From Pseudomonadota bacterium (GTDB lineage: Bacteria > Pseudomonadota > Gammaproteobacteria > Burkholderiales > JAKAFK01): a stretch of 64,000 nt of DNA. Where the stretch lies: assembly GCA_021788645.1 (NCBI GenBank), contig JAJYKK010000008.1, positions 2,072 to 66,071 of the forward strand, read 5' to 3'. Of this stretch, positions 1 through 9,507 are shown one piece after another. The position numbers and the translations under genes are program-made. Under the pieces are notes generated by a model that was not told the origin of the DNA, made no database searches, and was given only the letters and a program-made list of their open reading frames with translations. Every line of letters starts with the position of its first letter. Position 1 is the first letter of the stretch.

Positions 1-123
1 CGCGGGTCTTGCCTGATCCTCGCCCGAGAGCCGGGAAAAGCCAAAGAACGCCCCGTTGGCGAGAACCAGGCATCCGAAGATCCAAAGCCAGACCCCGCGC
101 TTCCCACGTTGTGTGCTGTTCAT
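1..123 (-). CDS. N-terminus of a membrane-anchored protein, probably SPOR-domain (partial, runs off window)
   Basis: ATG at 123 reads MNSTQRGKRGVWLWIFGCLVLANGAFFGFSRL..., a TM anchor with L-x-N-x-x-F-F; a SPOR-domain gene commonly follows birA-coaX in Proteobacteria. Not in the ORF track. Confidence 0.6.
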   Translation of the reverse strand, partial: MNSTQRGKRGVWLWIFGCLVLANGAFFGFSRLSGEDQARPA

Positions 124-168
124 CCGCTCAAACCCGCCCGATGCGCCGAGCCCCACCCACCTGCGGCC

Positions 169-891
169 TCAGGCCTGCGCGAGCTGGATGAGACCCCCAA
201 GGACGAGATTATCTTCCACGCGCAGCGGGATGTTCAAGAGCGGGCGCAGGACTTCCGCATCGCCCCCATGCAGGATGCACAGCACGTTGCCGCCCTCCGT
301 CTCCATGGTGGCGCGGAACATGCGATCGATGGCCCCGGCGACCGCGAGCCAGGCGCCGGTGAACACGCCATCGGCGGTGCTGGTGGGAAAGCGCTGCAGC
401 GTGCCTTTGGCCGGCGCGACGGACGCGGTCCGCCGGGCCAGGACATCGAACATCAGATCCGGGCTCGGGAGAATGATGCCGCCCAGAAATTCGCCTTCCT
501 TGGTCAGGACATCGCACGTCACGGCCGTGCCGATCCCCACGACCAGACAGCTGCCCCCGTGCAGATGGCGCGCCGCCACCAGCGCGGCCCACCGGTCCGA
601 CCCCAATTGGGCCGGCCTCGCGTAGCGGTTGATCACGCCCCCCTCGGCGGCTGTCGGGGTCACCCAGGTCGCCTCCTTGTGCCAGTGCGAAATGAGCACG
701 GTCAACGCGGAGCGCGCCTTCTGCCCTGCCACGTTGGAGATGATCACCTGGTTCGGGACGGGGAAGGGCCGCCAAGCCTCGGCCAGCCGAACCATGTCGA
801 CATTGGCCACGGCGCCTTGCGCCAGCCAGGCCCCGCGCTGGTACAAGCCCCACTTGACCCGAGTGTTTCCTGCATCGATGGCGAGTATCAT
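169..891 (-). CDS. coaX: Type III pantothenate kinase
   Basis: MILAIDAGNTRVKW N-terminus, LGSDRW, GTAVTCD, GGIILP and DNLVLGGL motifs; follows birA. Confidence 0.93.
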   Translation of the reverse strand: MILAIDAGNTRVKWGLYQRGAWLAQGAVANVDMVRLAEAWRPFPVPNQVIISNVAGQKARSALTVLISHWHKEATWVTPTAAEGGVINRYARPAQLGSDRWAALVAARHLHGGSCLVVGIGTAVTCDVLTKEGEFLGGIILPSPDLMFDVLARRTASVAPAKGTLQRFPTSTADGVFTGAWLAVAGAIDRMFRATMETEGGNVLCILHGGDAEVLRPLLNIPLRVEDNLVLGGLIQLAQA

Positions 892-975
892 CAGAAGACT
901 CTTGCCCCAGCCTGCGGCCATGCAGCACGGGACATCCTGGCTGCCCCCCATGCCGGCCGGCACGATCCAACCCCC

Positions 976-1953
976 TTACCTCGGCGCATCCGAGGCGGCG
1001 CGCAAGGTCATCTCGCCTGCATTGATGCGCAGCAACTCGCGCCCTCGCAGGAGCAGCAAGGCGCCGTCCTCGGTGATGCCCTCCACGCGTCCCGGCAGGA
1101 CATCGCCCCCCGGCAGCACCAGACGCACCGGTTTGCCCTGGTAGGCATGCGCCGCAAGCCACTCCTCGCGCAGCCCAGCGAACCCGTTCGCCTCGAACTC
1201 GCGCAGCACCGCGCCCAGGTCCCGGAGCACCTGATGCAGCAAGGCGTTTCGGCTCGGTACCTGCCCGACGATGGTCGCAAGATCGATCACCGCCTGGTCG
1301 ATCGCATCGCGCGTGCGCGCACCCAGGCGCACATTGAGGCCGATGCCGATCACCGCGGTTGTCGGTCCCAGCGCATCACCTTGCAGTTCGATCAGAATCC
1401 CCGCAAGCTTACGGTACTGATATAGCACGTCGTTGGGCCATTTCAAAGCCGCCCCCGCGATCCCGGCAGCCTTGAGCGCCCGGGACAAGGCGACGCCCAC
1501 CGCGAGGCTCAATCCGGACAAGGCGACCGCGGGCTGGTCGAAGCGCCAGAGCACCGAGAACAGCAGCGAACCCCCGAGCGTCGCGCGCCATGCGCGGCCA
1601 CGCCGCCCACGGCCCCCCGTCTGCAGCTCGGCCACCACCAGCCGCCGGTGCACCGCGCCCTGGTCGGCGCCCCGGAAGCATACGCTGTTGGTGGAATCGA
1701 CCACATCGAGCACCTGGGGGTTGAGCTCGGGAAAAGCCTGCGCCAGGCGCGCCGCGTCGATCCACTCGATCGGGCGCTCCAGCCGATAGCCGCGCCCGGA
1801 AATCCGGGCGAGATCCACATCCCAGTCCTTGATCTCCGCGAGCGCGTTGGAGACGGTCGCGCGCGAAATGCCGAGTTCGCGCGCCATTTCCTCCCCGGAA
1901 TGGAAGGTGCCGTCGGACAAGCGGCGCAGCAGGGCAAAGGTAAGGGGCTTCAC
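976..1953 (-). CDS. birA: Bifunctional biotin--[acetyl-CoA carboxylase] ligase / repressor
   Basis: N-terminal HTH (FHSGEEMARELGISRATV), DSTN, QTGGRGRRGRAW, KWPND, KLAGILIE; GTG start at 1953. Confidence 0.95.
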   Translation of the reverse strand: MKPLTFALLRRLSDGTFHSGEEMARELGISRATVSNALAEIKDWDVDLARISGRGYRLERPIEWIDAARLAQAFPELNPQVLDVVDSTNSVCFRGADQGAVHRRLVVAELQTGGRGRRGRAWRATLGGSLLFSVLWRFDQPAVALSGLSLAVGVALSRALKAAGIAGAALKWPNDVLYQYRKLAGILIELQGDALGPTTAVIGIGLNVRLGARTRDAIDQAVIDLATIVGQVPSRNALLHQVLRDLGAVLREFEANGFAGLREEWLAAHAYQGKPVRLVLPGGDVLPGRVEGITEDGALLLLRGRELLRINAGEMTLRAASDAPR

Positions 1954-2035
1954 GGCAGAAAAAGGACCGGCGTCTCGACAATGACGCCGCCAGTGTACCA
2001 GAACCGCACGGCCCCGCCGCAAGAGGACCGCGCGC

Positions 2036-3397
2036 TCAGATTCCGTATTTCTTGATCTTGTACCACAGCGAACGCTCGCTGATCTCCAGCAGGCGCGCGG
2101 CCGCGGACTTGTTGTCGCCGGCCCGGCTGAGCGCCTCTTCGATGAGGCCCCTCTCGAGCTCGGCCACTTGCGGCTCCATGGCCAGCGCTTGCGGCCACTT
2201 CGCGCGCGATTCGCCCGAGGAGGCCCCCAGGAAGGGCTTGAACAGGGCCTCGGGCAACAGGGTCGAGCTGATGGTCTCCCCTCGGCTGAGCACCGCGGCG
2301 CGCTCCATCATGTTCTCAAGTTCCCGGATGTTGCCCGGCCAGCGGTACTCATCCAGACGCCGCAAGGCGCTCGCGTCAAGCTCGGGCACGCGACGGCCCA
2401 GCTCGCGGCAGTGTTTCGCCAGGAAATGCCGGGCGAGCAGCGGGATGTCTTGCCGGCGCTCGCGCAATGCCGGCACATCCAGGCGCACCACGTTGAGGCG
2501 GAAATAGAGGTCCTGGCGCAAAGCGCCTTCCGCGACGGCTTCCTGGGGATCCCGGTTGGTGGCCGCCACCACGCGCAAGTCGATCGCGACCGGCCTATGG
2601 CTGCCCAGGCGCTCCACGCTGTTTTCCTGCAGAACACGCAACAGCTTGGCCTGCAGCGCCATGGGCATTTCGGTGACCTCGTCGAGAAACAGCGTGCCCC
2701 CGCTCGAGGCCTCGAACCGCCCCATCCGGTCCCTGTCCGCACCGGTGAAGGCGCCCTTGCGGTGGCCAAACAGCTCGCTTTCCAACAGGTCGGCGGGAAT
2801 CGCGGCACAGTTGATCGGGACGAAGAGCCCGCCGCGGCCGGATTCCTGGTGGATCGCCCGGGCGACGAGTTCCTTGCCGGTGCCCGTCTCGCCGATGACG
2901 AATACCCCGCTGCGCGTGGGCGCCACCTGCCGGATCAGCTCATACAAGGCGAGCATCGCGGGGCTTTGGCCGACGAACTCACCGAAGCCGCGCCCCATCT
3001 CCTCGCGCAGAAAGCGGTTCTCGCGGTCCATGTGCGCCACGGCGAGCGCGCGCGAGACGGCGAGCTCGACCGCAGACATTTCGAACGGCCGGATGATGTA
3101 GTCGATGGCCCCGAGCTTCATGGCCTCGACCGCGCTCGTCACGCTGCCGTGCGCGGTGAGGACGACGACCGGGACGGCTTCGCCCCGCTCGCGCAAGGCG
3201 CGCAGCAGGCCGAGGCCATCGAGCTTCGGCATGCGCAGGTCCGTCAGCACGAGGTCGCACGGCGCCTCGGCGAATCGATCGAGCGCTTCCACGCCGTCGG
3301 CGGCGTGCACCACCTCATGCCCCATGGCCAGGAGCGCGATCTCCAATATCCTGCGCATCTTGTCTTCGTCGTCGACCACAAGGATGCGGTTCGTCAC
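2036..3397 (-). CDS. Sigma-54-dependent response regulator (NtrC/AtoC family: REC-AAA+-Fis HTH)
   Basis: ILVVDDE...DLRMP receiver; GETGTGKE, ESELFGH, GAFTGA, LFLDE, WPGNIRELEN; C-terminal HTH NKSAAARLLEIS. Confidence 0.95.
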   Translation of the reverse strand: MTNRILVVDDEDKMRRILEIALLAMGHEVVHAADGVEALDRFAEAPCDLVLTDLRMPKLDGLGLLRALRERGEAVPVVVLTAHGSVTSAVEAMKLGAIDYIIRPFEMSAVELAVSRALAVAHMDRENRFLREEMGRGFGEFVGQSPAMLALYELIRQVAPTRSGVFVIGETGTGKELVARAIHQESGRGGLFVPINCAAIPADLLESELFGHRKGAFTGADRDRMGRFEASSGGTLFLDEVTEMPMALQAKLLRVLQENSVERLGSHRPVAIDLRVVAATNRDPQEAVAEGALRQDLYFRLNVVRLDVPALRERRQDIPLLARHFLAKHCRELGRRVPELDASALRRLDEYRWPGNIRELENMMERAAVLSRGETISSTLLPEALFKPFLGASSGESRAKWPQALAMEPQVAELERGLIEEALSRAGDNKSAAARLLEISERSLWYKIKKYGI

Positions 3398-5204
3398 GTG
3401 AGTTCTCCTTGTCGTTCGGGCGCGAACACGACGGCAAATCCCGCGCCCCCCAGGGGGGACGCCCCCGCCGTGATCTCGCCGTGGTGCGCATGGACAATCT
3501 GCTGCACGATCGTGAGCCCGAGGCCGACACCGCCTTGCCGCCGGGTAAAAAAGGGATCGAAGACCCGATCCCGCTCGTCCGGCGCAATGCCCGGGCCATC
3601 GTCGTCGACCCGCACGACGAGGGTCTGCGCCCCGTTGACGTGCTCAATCGGATCCGCCCGCCTTCCGGCACATGCTGAAGGGCGTTGATCACCAGGTTCA
3701 GAACCACCTGCACCATCTGTTCCCGATCGCAGGCCAGCACCGACTGCCGCGCCGCCAGCCGGGCGTCGAGCCTGATGCCGTTCTTATTCGCCTTGCTCGC
3801 CGTCAGGGAAAGCACGTGCCGGATGATCTCGTGCACGTCCCGGGGTTGGAACGCGGGCGCGCGCGGGCTCGCGCACTCGAGCAGCGTGGTGACGAGGCCG
3901 TTCAGCCGATCCGTTTCGCTCACGATGAAGCCGGCCAGCTCACGGTCCGACGCCGTCAGGCCGGCGCAACGCTCCAGCATCTGTCCCGAGGACTTGAGGA
4001 TCCCCAGCGGGGTCCGCACCTCGTGCGTCATGATGGCGGCCATCTCGCCGACCACGGCGAGCTTGCCCGCACGCACCACGTGCTCGCGGGAGCGCTCGAG
4101 CGCCTCGATCATGTCGCCGAAGGCCTGGTTGAGCTCGCTCACTTCGCTGATACGGGTCTGCACGACGGGCGCAGAGGCCTTGCGGCCGCGCCGAAAACCC
4201 CGGGCGAACTCGGTCAGGTGCCCGATGGGCGAGGCGAGCCGGCTCGAGAGCCGCATGGATAGCCATGCCGCCACCGCAAGGCTGAAGAGGAGCCCGCCCA
4301 GCATGGCCCAGGCCAGGCGCCACACCGGCGCGAAGGCGACCCGGGTGGGCTCCACGACCACGATGTGCCAGCCGAACCCCGAAAAGTGCTCGTACCCGGA
4401 AGAGGCCGCCGCGCCCACCAACAGCTCGCCGATGCCCGCCACATCGGTCTGCGCGTTGCCACGGCGCGCAGCCGCGCCGCGGCGGAGCGGCGGCACCGGA
4501 AAGGCTCGTGCCTCGAGCCGCGCCGCCAAGCCTCCCGCCGCCGCGATGGCTCGGTTTCGGCTATCCAGGAGCAAGGCGGTGCGACCGCTCCCCGCCACAT
4601 CATCGGCGAGGAAGCCGGATACCGCCTTCCAGTTGAGCTCGGCGTAAAGGTAGCCCAGATTTCCACCCCCGAGCAACGAAGGCACCATCGTGCGCAAGAC
4701 ATAGCGGGGACCCGGCGCGGCCACGCCGCCCGGCCTTTGCTCAAGAACGACCGGGGCGTTCGACGCCTGGCTCGCGTCCGGCATCGCGGGCGCCGGCTGC
4801 CGTATTTTCCCCAGCAGGCGCAAATCGGTGGAAGCAACCACGCGGCCGGCCAGGTTCGTGCAGTACAGCACCTGGTAGACGTCGCCGTGGCCGGCCTTGA
4901 GATCGCTCAGGAACCGCGCCACGCGCTTGTCCACATCCCCGACGCGGATGTCCTGCATGAGTTCCACGCGGCGCCATTCGCGCATCTCCTCCTGGCGCTC
5001 GAAGAAGAACATGTCGATGCGCTGCAGCAGCCCGGAGGCGCTGTTGCCCAGGTTCTCGGCAATCTCCGACTGGAAGGCCCGGCGCACCGCGATGAAGGAC
5101 AAGGCCCCGCTCAGCACCACCGCCGTGACCACCAACACCAGAAACCCGCGCAGGATCGCCGCGCGAATGGTGATCCCGCGCCGCTCCCGGGTTACGGGCG
5201 GCAT
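3394..5204 (-). pseudogene. Membrane sensor histidine kinase (periplasmic sensor, HAMP, HisKA, HATPase) interrupted by a -1 frameshift near 3630-3640
   Basis: ATG 5204 with AGGAG upstream; two TM helices, H-box THEVRTPL and N-box NLVINALQ in one frame; DDGPGI, FDPFFT and GVGLGL boxes in the frame ending at TGA 3394, which overlaps the regulator GTG. Could be a true lesion or a sequencing error. Confidence 0.85.
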
Positions 5205-5240
5205 CGCCTCTCCTGGGCATCCTCCCGCCGGATGGAAAAC

Positions 5241-5249
5241 TGGTACACT
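5241..5249 (+). promoter_or_regulatory. Candidate extended -10 (TGnTACACT) for the beta-barrel/PBP-like operon
   Basis: TGGTACACT in the divergent spacer between the kinase and the beta-barrel gene. Confidence 0.35.
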
Positions 5250-5379
5250 CTTGCCTCTTGCGCGTGCCGACGGGAGCGATCCCGCCGACACAGTCAAACA
5301 ACGATTCAAAGGGTTATGGATGCGAAGGGGGGCGTTGTTGCGACAACAATCCGCAGACCCGACCGGCGGAGATCATAGC

Positions 5380-6486
5380 ATGCCGCCCGCTCGCCGCCCC
5401 AGCGAAGACAGTGCCGATGCGCCGCGGGCGCGTCGGGCAGGCCATCTGCGGCGGCTCCTGCTCGGCCTCCTCATCGCATCGAGCTGGCCCGGCCTGGCGC
5501 ACGGCTACGAACTGGGCCATGGCTATCCCCTGCCCTTCCTCGGGCTGTCGGCGGGAGGCTACTACAACATTCAGGCCGCCTCGCTTGCGGGCGAGCCGAC
5601 CAGGGCCTCGCTCCAGGTCTTGAGCCTCTTCCTCCACGGCAATCCGCGGCCGGACTGGCATTTCTTCACGGAAATCGAGGCGAACAACGTGCTCACGTGG
5701 TCCGAGGGGAACGCGCACAGGCCCGAGGCGGACCTCGACGTCGAACGCTTCTATCTCGACCACAACCTCAGCACGCGCAGCACCGTGCGCTTCGGCAAAT
5801 TCCTCACGCCGATCGGCCGCTGGAATCAGATTCACGCCGACCCCCTGGTGTGGACGGTCTCGCGGCCCTTGACCACCATCGCGGCCTTCGCGCCGAGCGC
5901 CTCCGGCGCCCAGCTCTATGGCAGCTGGCCGGTGCGCAAGGCCGCCATCGACTACCAGCTCTACGTGGACGACTCGGCCCAACTGGATCCCACCATCGGC
6001 CACGAAGAAACCTATCCGGATCTGGCGGTGCGACCCAACCCCCAGAATGCCTTCAACCAGGGCGTGGGCGCCCGCCTGCGCTACCGCAGCTTCAACGACG
6101 ACCTGCAACTGGGTCTGTCCATCGCCCATTTCGCGTTGCGAGAACTGCAGGGCTACAAGAATCTGGTCGGCGCCGATCTCTTCTACACCCGCCACGAGGC
6201 CGAGCTGACCGGAGAAATGGTCTATCGTCGGGACGACAATGGCGGCGGCAAGGAATGGGGAGGCTTCCTGCTGCTCGCCGTCCCCCTGTGGGACCATGTC
6301 TATGGCGTCGCCTATCACGAACGCTTCAAGGCCGAGCTCTTCAGCGTTCCGGTCGACACGACCAGCGTGGGGATCACCTACCGTCCGACCCCGCCATTTT
6401 CGATCAAGATCGAGCACCGCCAGTCCACCGGCACCGCAAGCCTCGCGCCCACGGGGTGGCTGTTTTCCGTGACGGCCCTGTTTTGA
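5380..6486 (+). CDS. Outer-membrane beta-barrel (porin-like) protein
   Basis: Signal peptide (LLLGLLIASSWPGLAHG), alternating amphipathic strands, RFGKFLTPIGRWN motif, C-terminal Phe (WLFSVTALF). Start uncertain. Confidence 0.75.
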   Translation: MPPARRPSEDSADAPRARRAGHLRRLLLGLLIASSWPGLAHGYELGHGYPLPFLGLSAGGYYNIQAASLAGEPTRASLQVLSLFLHGNPRPDWHFFTEIEANNVLTWSEGNAHRPEADLDVERFYLDHNLSTRSTVRFGKFLTPIGRWNQIHADPLVWTVSRPLTTIAAFAPSASGAQLYGSWPVRKAAIDYQLYVDDSAQLDPTIGHEETYPDLAVRPNPQNAFNQGVGARLRYRSFNDDLQLGLSIAHFALRELQGYKNLVGADLFYTRHEAELTGEMVYRRDDNGGGKEWGGFLLLAVPLWDHVYGVAYHERFKAELFSVPVDTTSVGITYRPTPPFSIKIEHRQSTGTASLAPTGWLFSVTALF

Positions 6487-6974
6487 CGGCGCGCGCCTTG
6501 ATCCGGCTCGCATTGGTGGTGCTCTTGCTCTGCCGCGCCGGCGTAAGCCTCGGCGAGGACACCATCGCCGTGATCGTGGGGGATGCGCCCCCGCACATCG
6601 CGCTCGACCGGTCCACGCTCGCGGATATTTTCCTCAAGCGCATAGAGGTCGACAACGACGGGAAGGCCATTGTCCCGCTCAATCTGTCGTCGACCAATCC
6701 GCTTCGGATCGCCTTTTCCCTGGCCTTGTTCGGCAAAGGGCCGCAAGGCCTCCAGCGCTACTGGACGGAGCGCTATTTCCAAGGGGTTTCGCCCCCATAC
6801 ACGGTGGCCTCCCAGGAATCCATGCTGCGCTTCGTGGCCCGTACGCCGGGCGCCATCGGATACGTCGCCGCCTGCCGGGCCGACGCCCGCACCAAGGTCG
6901 TGGCCCGACTTCCCGTCCCGCCCGCCCTCGCTTCCGTGCTCCGCAGGCTGTGCGGGCGCGGCGCTTCACCCTGA
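6483..6974 (+). CDS. Small exported periplasmic-binding-protein-like protein (PstS-like single domain)
   Basis: TTG start overlapping the upstream TGA; signal peptide; IAVIV...LADIFLK, YW..RYFQG.SPP and FVARTPGAIGYV motifs. Confidence 0.75.
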   Translation: MTARALIRLALVVLLLCRAGVSLGEDTIAVIVGDAPPHIALDRSTLADIFLKRIEVDNDGKAIVPLNLSSTNPLRIAFSLALFGKGPQGLQRYWTERYFQGVSPPYTVASQESMLRFVARTPGAIGYVAACRADARTKVVARLPVPPALASVLRRLCGRGASP

Positions 6975-7142
6975 CGCCGCCACGGCTTGGCGGGTCCTTG
7001 CACTTAGACTGGACATCCCATTTGGGCGTTCCCCGGGCCTCGCACGCCCGATTTTCCCGATAGCACGCGGCCTGATCGACTCCCGTGGCGGCCCTGCCCT
7101 GCCCGGTTCGCCCCCCGAATCCTCATCGCAATGCGCATCCCG

Positions 7143-7190
7143 TGCAGACAATTTTTGCGCACTCGCTCAATCTTGCGCACTCGCGAATGC
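7143..7190. promoter_or_regulatory. Candidate enhancer (UAS) for a sigma-54 activator
   Basis: Direct repeat TTGCGCACTCGC at 7155-7166 and 7173-7184, plus TGCA/TGCGCA dyads, ~55-90 bp upstream of the -24/-12 element. Confidence 0.5.
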
Positions 7191-7236
7191 GCCATATTCG
7201 CCACACTGTTATTAATAATCAGAATGGTACGAGTCA

Positions 7237-7252
7237 TGGCATGAATCTGGCT
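7237..7252 (+). promoter_or_regulatory. Sigma-54 (-24/-12) promoter
   Basis: TGGCATGAATCTGGCT has GG-N10-GC spacing, is preceded by an AT-rich tract (7208-7225) and lies 40 bp before ATG 7292. Confidence 0.65.
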
Positions 7253-7291
7253 CATGCGGGAGGACGCTTATCGCCGAGGTCCATCCCGCAC

Positions 7292-8023
7292 ATGATCACC
7301 GACACCCCGTTCGTCGACACCCACGTCGATCCGCTGCTCGCGGAAATCCCGGCCCACTTCTCCCTCGATCTGGCCGGCCCGTCACACCCCGCCCGCCCCG
7401 CGCTCGAAGCCTTCGTGGCCGGCGTATTCCTGCGCGCCTATGGCGCCCGACTCGACCGCTTTTACGCCAACCTTCTCGCCTTCGGCATCGGCGGAAGGCT
7501 GCAGGCGGTGGTGGGCGCGCGTTGCGCGCAATCGACCCGCTTGTTCGCCGAGCAATACCTCGATGGCCCGGCGCAGGAGCTGGCGAGCGCGCGGCTCGGC
7601 CATCCGATCAGCCGCGCCAGCATCGTGGAAGTCGGGAATCTCGCCATCGGCTCTCCCGGGCAAGCGCGCTTGATCATTGCCGCAAGCACCGCCTTCATGG
7701 CGGCAGCCGGATACCGCTGGGTCCTCTTCACCGCCGTCCGGCCGCTCGCCAACGCATTCGCGCGCCTGGGCCTGCGGCCCATGGCCCTCGCCGACGCCGA
7801 TCCTCGCCGCCTACCGGATGGCGGCATGTCGTGGGGCACCTATTACCGGGCCTCGCCCAAGGTCTATCTGGGCGACATCCTCGCGGGCCATCGTAAACTC
7901 TTTGGCGGCGTCGCCCGCCACCCCCAACTGAGGAGCCTCCTCCAATCCGCCGGCAGGCTGGGGACCGGCGCGCACCTCGCTGCGTGCGCATGGACGTGGC
8001 CAATCGCGGAGGCACGCCCATGA
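7292..8023 (+). CDS. 'Thermostable hemolysin' family protein (function unverified)
   Basis: R..LEAFV...F..AYGA, LFAEQYLDGP, IVEVGNLA, WVLFTA, WGTYY motifs; first gene of the cluster. Confidence 0.85.
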   Translation: MITDTPFVDTHVDPLLAEIPAHFSLDLAGPSHPARPALEAFVAGVFLRAYGARLDRFYANLLAFGIGGRLQAVVGARCAQSTRLFAEQYLDGPAQELASARLGHPISRASIVEVGNLAIGSPGQARLIIAASTAFMAAAGYRWVLFTAVRPLANAFARLGLRPMALADADPRRLPDGGMSWGTYYRASPKVYLGDILAGHRKLFGGVARHPQLRSLLQSAGRLGTGAHLAACAWTWPIAEARP

Positions 8024-9507
8024 AGGTCCTTCTGGAGCGCGTCCGCGCACACGCCAGTCACCGTCCACGCCAGTTGGCCCTGCGGGACGAACAGGGGGAG
8101 CTGGATTACCCAGGGCTTCTCGCCGAGGTCGAGTGCCTTCGGGCACTGGTTCGCGGACAACGGGTCGGCCTGTTGCTGGACAATGGTCTCGCCTGGGTCT
8201 GCCTGGATCTGGCCGTTCTCGCGCACGGCGGCATCGCGGTTCCCCTCCCGACGTTCTTCTCCGACGGGCAGTTGAGCCACGTGCTGAACGATGCCGGCGT
8301 GACGCGGGTCATCACGGATCAGCCGGAGCGTGTCGCGGCGCTGCTCAATGCCCCGCCCGACACCGTCATCGCGGTCGCCGGGCGGGGCCTGGGCTTGTTT
8401 CGGCGCAGGTGCGGCGATCCGCCAAGGCTCCCCGCCGATACCGCGAAAATCACCTACACCTCGGGCTCCACGGGCGCGCCCAAGGGCGTGTGCCTGTCCG
8501 GCGAGACGCTGGCCGGGGTCACGCAGGCGCTGTGCGAGGCCGTGCGAGGCACGGCGAACGACCGTTGCCTGTCGGTCTTGCCCCTGTCCACCCTCCTGGA
8601 AAACATTGCCGGCGTCTATGCGCCGCTCTGGGCCGGCGGATTGAGCCAGGTGCCCTCCCTGTCTTGCTGCGGCGTATCCGGCTCCTCCGGGGTGCGCGTC
8701 GAGGCGCTGTTCAGGGTGATGCACTGGGCCGCTCCCACCATTACCGTCCTCGTCCCCCAGTTGCTCAAGGCCGTGGTCGGCGGCGCTACCGGCGGGCTGA
8801 GCGTGCCGGCGTCGCTGCGTTTCGTCGCCGTGGGCGGCGCGCCGCTCGCCGCACCTCTGGCGGCGCAGGCGCGCCGGCTGGGCCTGCCGGTATTCGAGGG
8901 CTTCGGCCTGTCCGAGGCCGGCTCCGTGGTGTGCCTCAACCTCCCGGACGCCGAACGCCCCGGCAGCGTGGGCAGGGCACTGCCCCACGTGCAGGTGCGC
9001 ATCCACGCGAGCGGCGAGGTCATGGTCCGCGGAGCGGTGTTTCAAGGCTACCTGGGCGGCGCTTGCGGCCTGGCGTCGGGCGAGCTCGCCACCGGCGATC
9101 TGGGCTACCTGGATGCGGACGGATTCCTTTTCCTGACCGGGCGCAAGGCGACGTCCTATTCCACCGCCTTCGGGCGCAACGTCGCGCCGGAATGGCTGGA
9201 GGCACTGCTCGCCGGCCATCCCGACATTGCCCAAGCCGCGGTGTTCGGCGCGGGGAGGCCGTTCAACGTCGCCGTCGTGGTGCCCGGGCGGGGCGCGTCG
9301 CCCGAGGCCGTGGGACAGGCCGTGACCGCGATCAACGGCGGGCTGCCCGACTATGCGCAAATTGGTGCGTGGGTGGTCGCCGACGAACCCTTCTCCGGCG
9401 CCAACGGCCTGCTCAACGGGGCGGGCTGCCCCATGCGGGCGGCCATCGCGGCGGCCTATCGGACGCCTATTGCGCAAAAGTACGAGGAAGCCCATGACGT
9501 TCTATGA
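8020..9507 (+). CDS. AMP-binding (adenylate-forming, acyl-CoA synthetase-like) enzyme
   Basis: ITYTSGSTGAPKGV P-loop, GFGLSE, TGDLG, TGRK, GRNVAPEWLE; ATGA overlap with the upstream gene. Confidence 0.9.
   Translation: MKVLLERVRAHASHRPRQLALRDEQGELDYPGLLAEVECLRALVRGQRVGLLLDNGLAWVCLDLAVLAHGGIAVPLPTFFSDGQLSHVLNDAGVTRVITDQPERVAALLNAPPDTVIAVAGRGLGLFRRRCGDPPRLPADTAKITYTSGSTGAPKGVCLSGETLAGVTQALCEAVRGTANDRCLSVLPLSTLLENIAGVYAPLWAGGLSQVPSLSCCGVSGSSGVRVEALFRVMHWAAPTITVLVPQLLKAVVGGATGGLSVPASLRFVAVGGAPLAAPLAAQARRLGLPVFEGFGLSEAGSVVCLNLPDAERPGSVGRALPHVQVRIHASGEVMVRGAVFQGYLGGACGLASGELATGDLGYLDADGFLFLTGRKATSYSTAFGRNVAPEWLEALLAGHPDIAQAAVFGAGRPFNVAVVVPGRGASPEAVGQAVTAINGGLPDYAQIGAWVVADEPFSGANGLLNGAGCPMRAAIAAAYRTPIAQKYEEAHDVL

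Noticed and set aside
3315-3630. C-terminal ~105 aa of the 664-aa ORF 3315..5309
   Set aside because: Out-of-frame read-through after the frameshift; the real kinase tail is in the frame ending at 3394.
5241-5254. TGGTACACTCTTGC as a sigma-54 promoter
   Set aside because: GG-to-GC spacing is 9 nt, not the required 10; it fits an extended -10 better.
7292-8023. Interpretation as a secreted toxin or virulence factor
   Set aside because: No signal peptide or secretion system, and it is coupled to cytoplasmic enzymes; the family name alone is not evidence.
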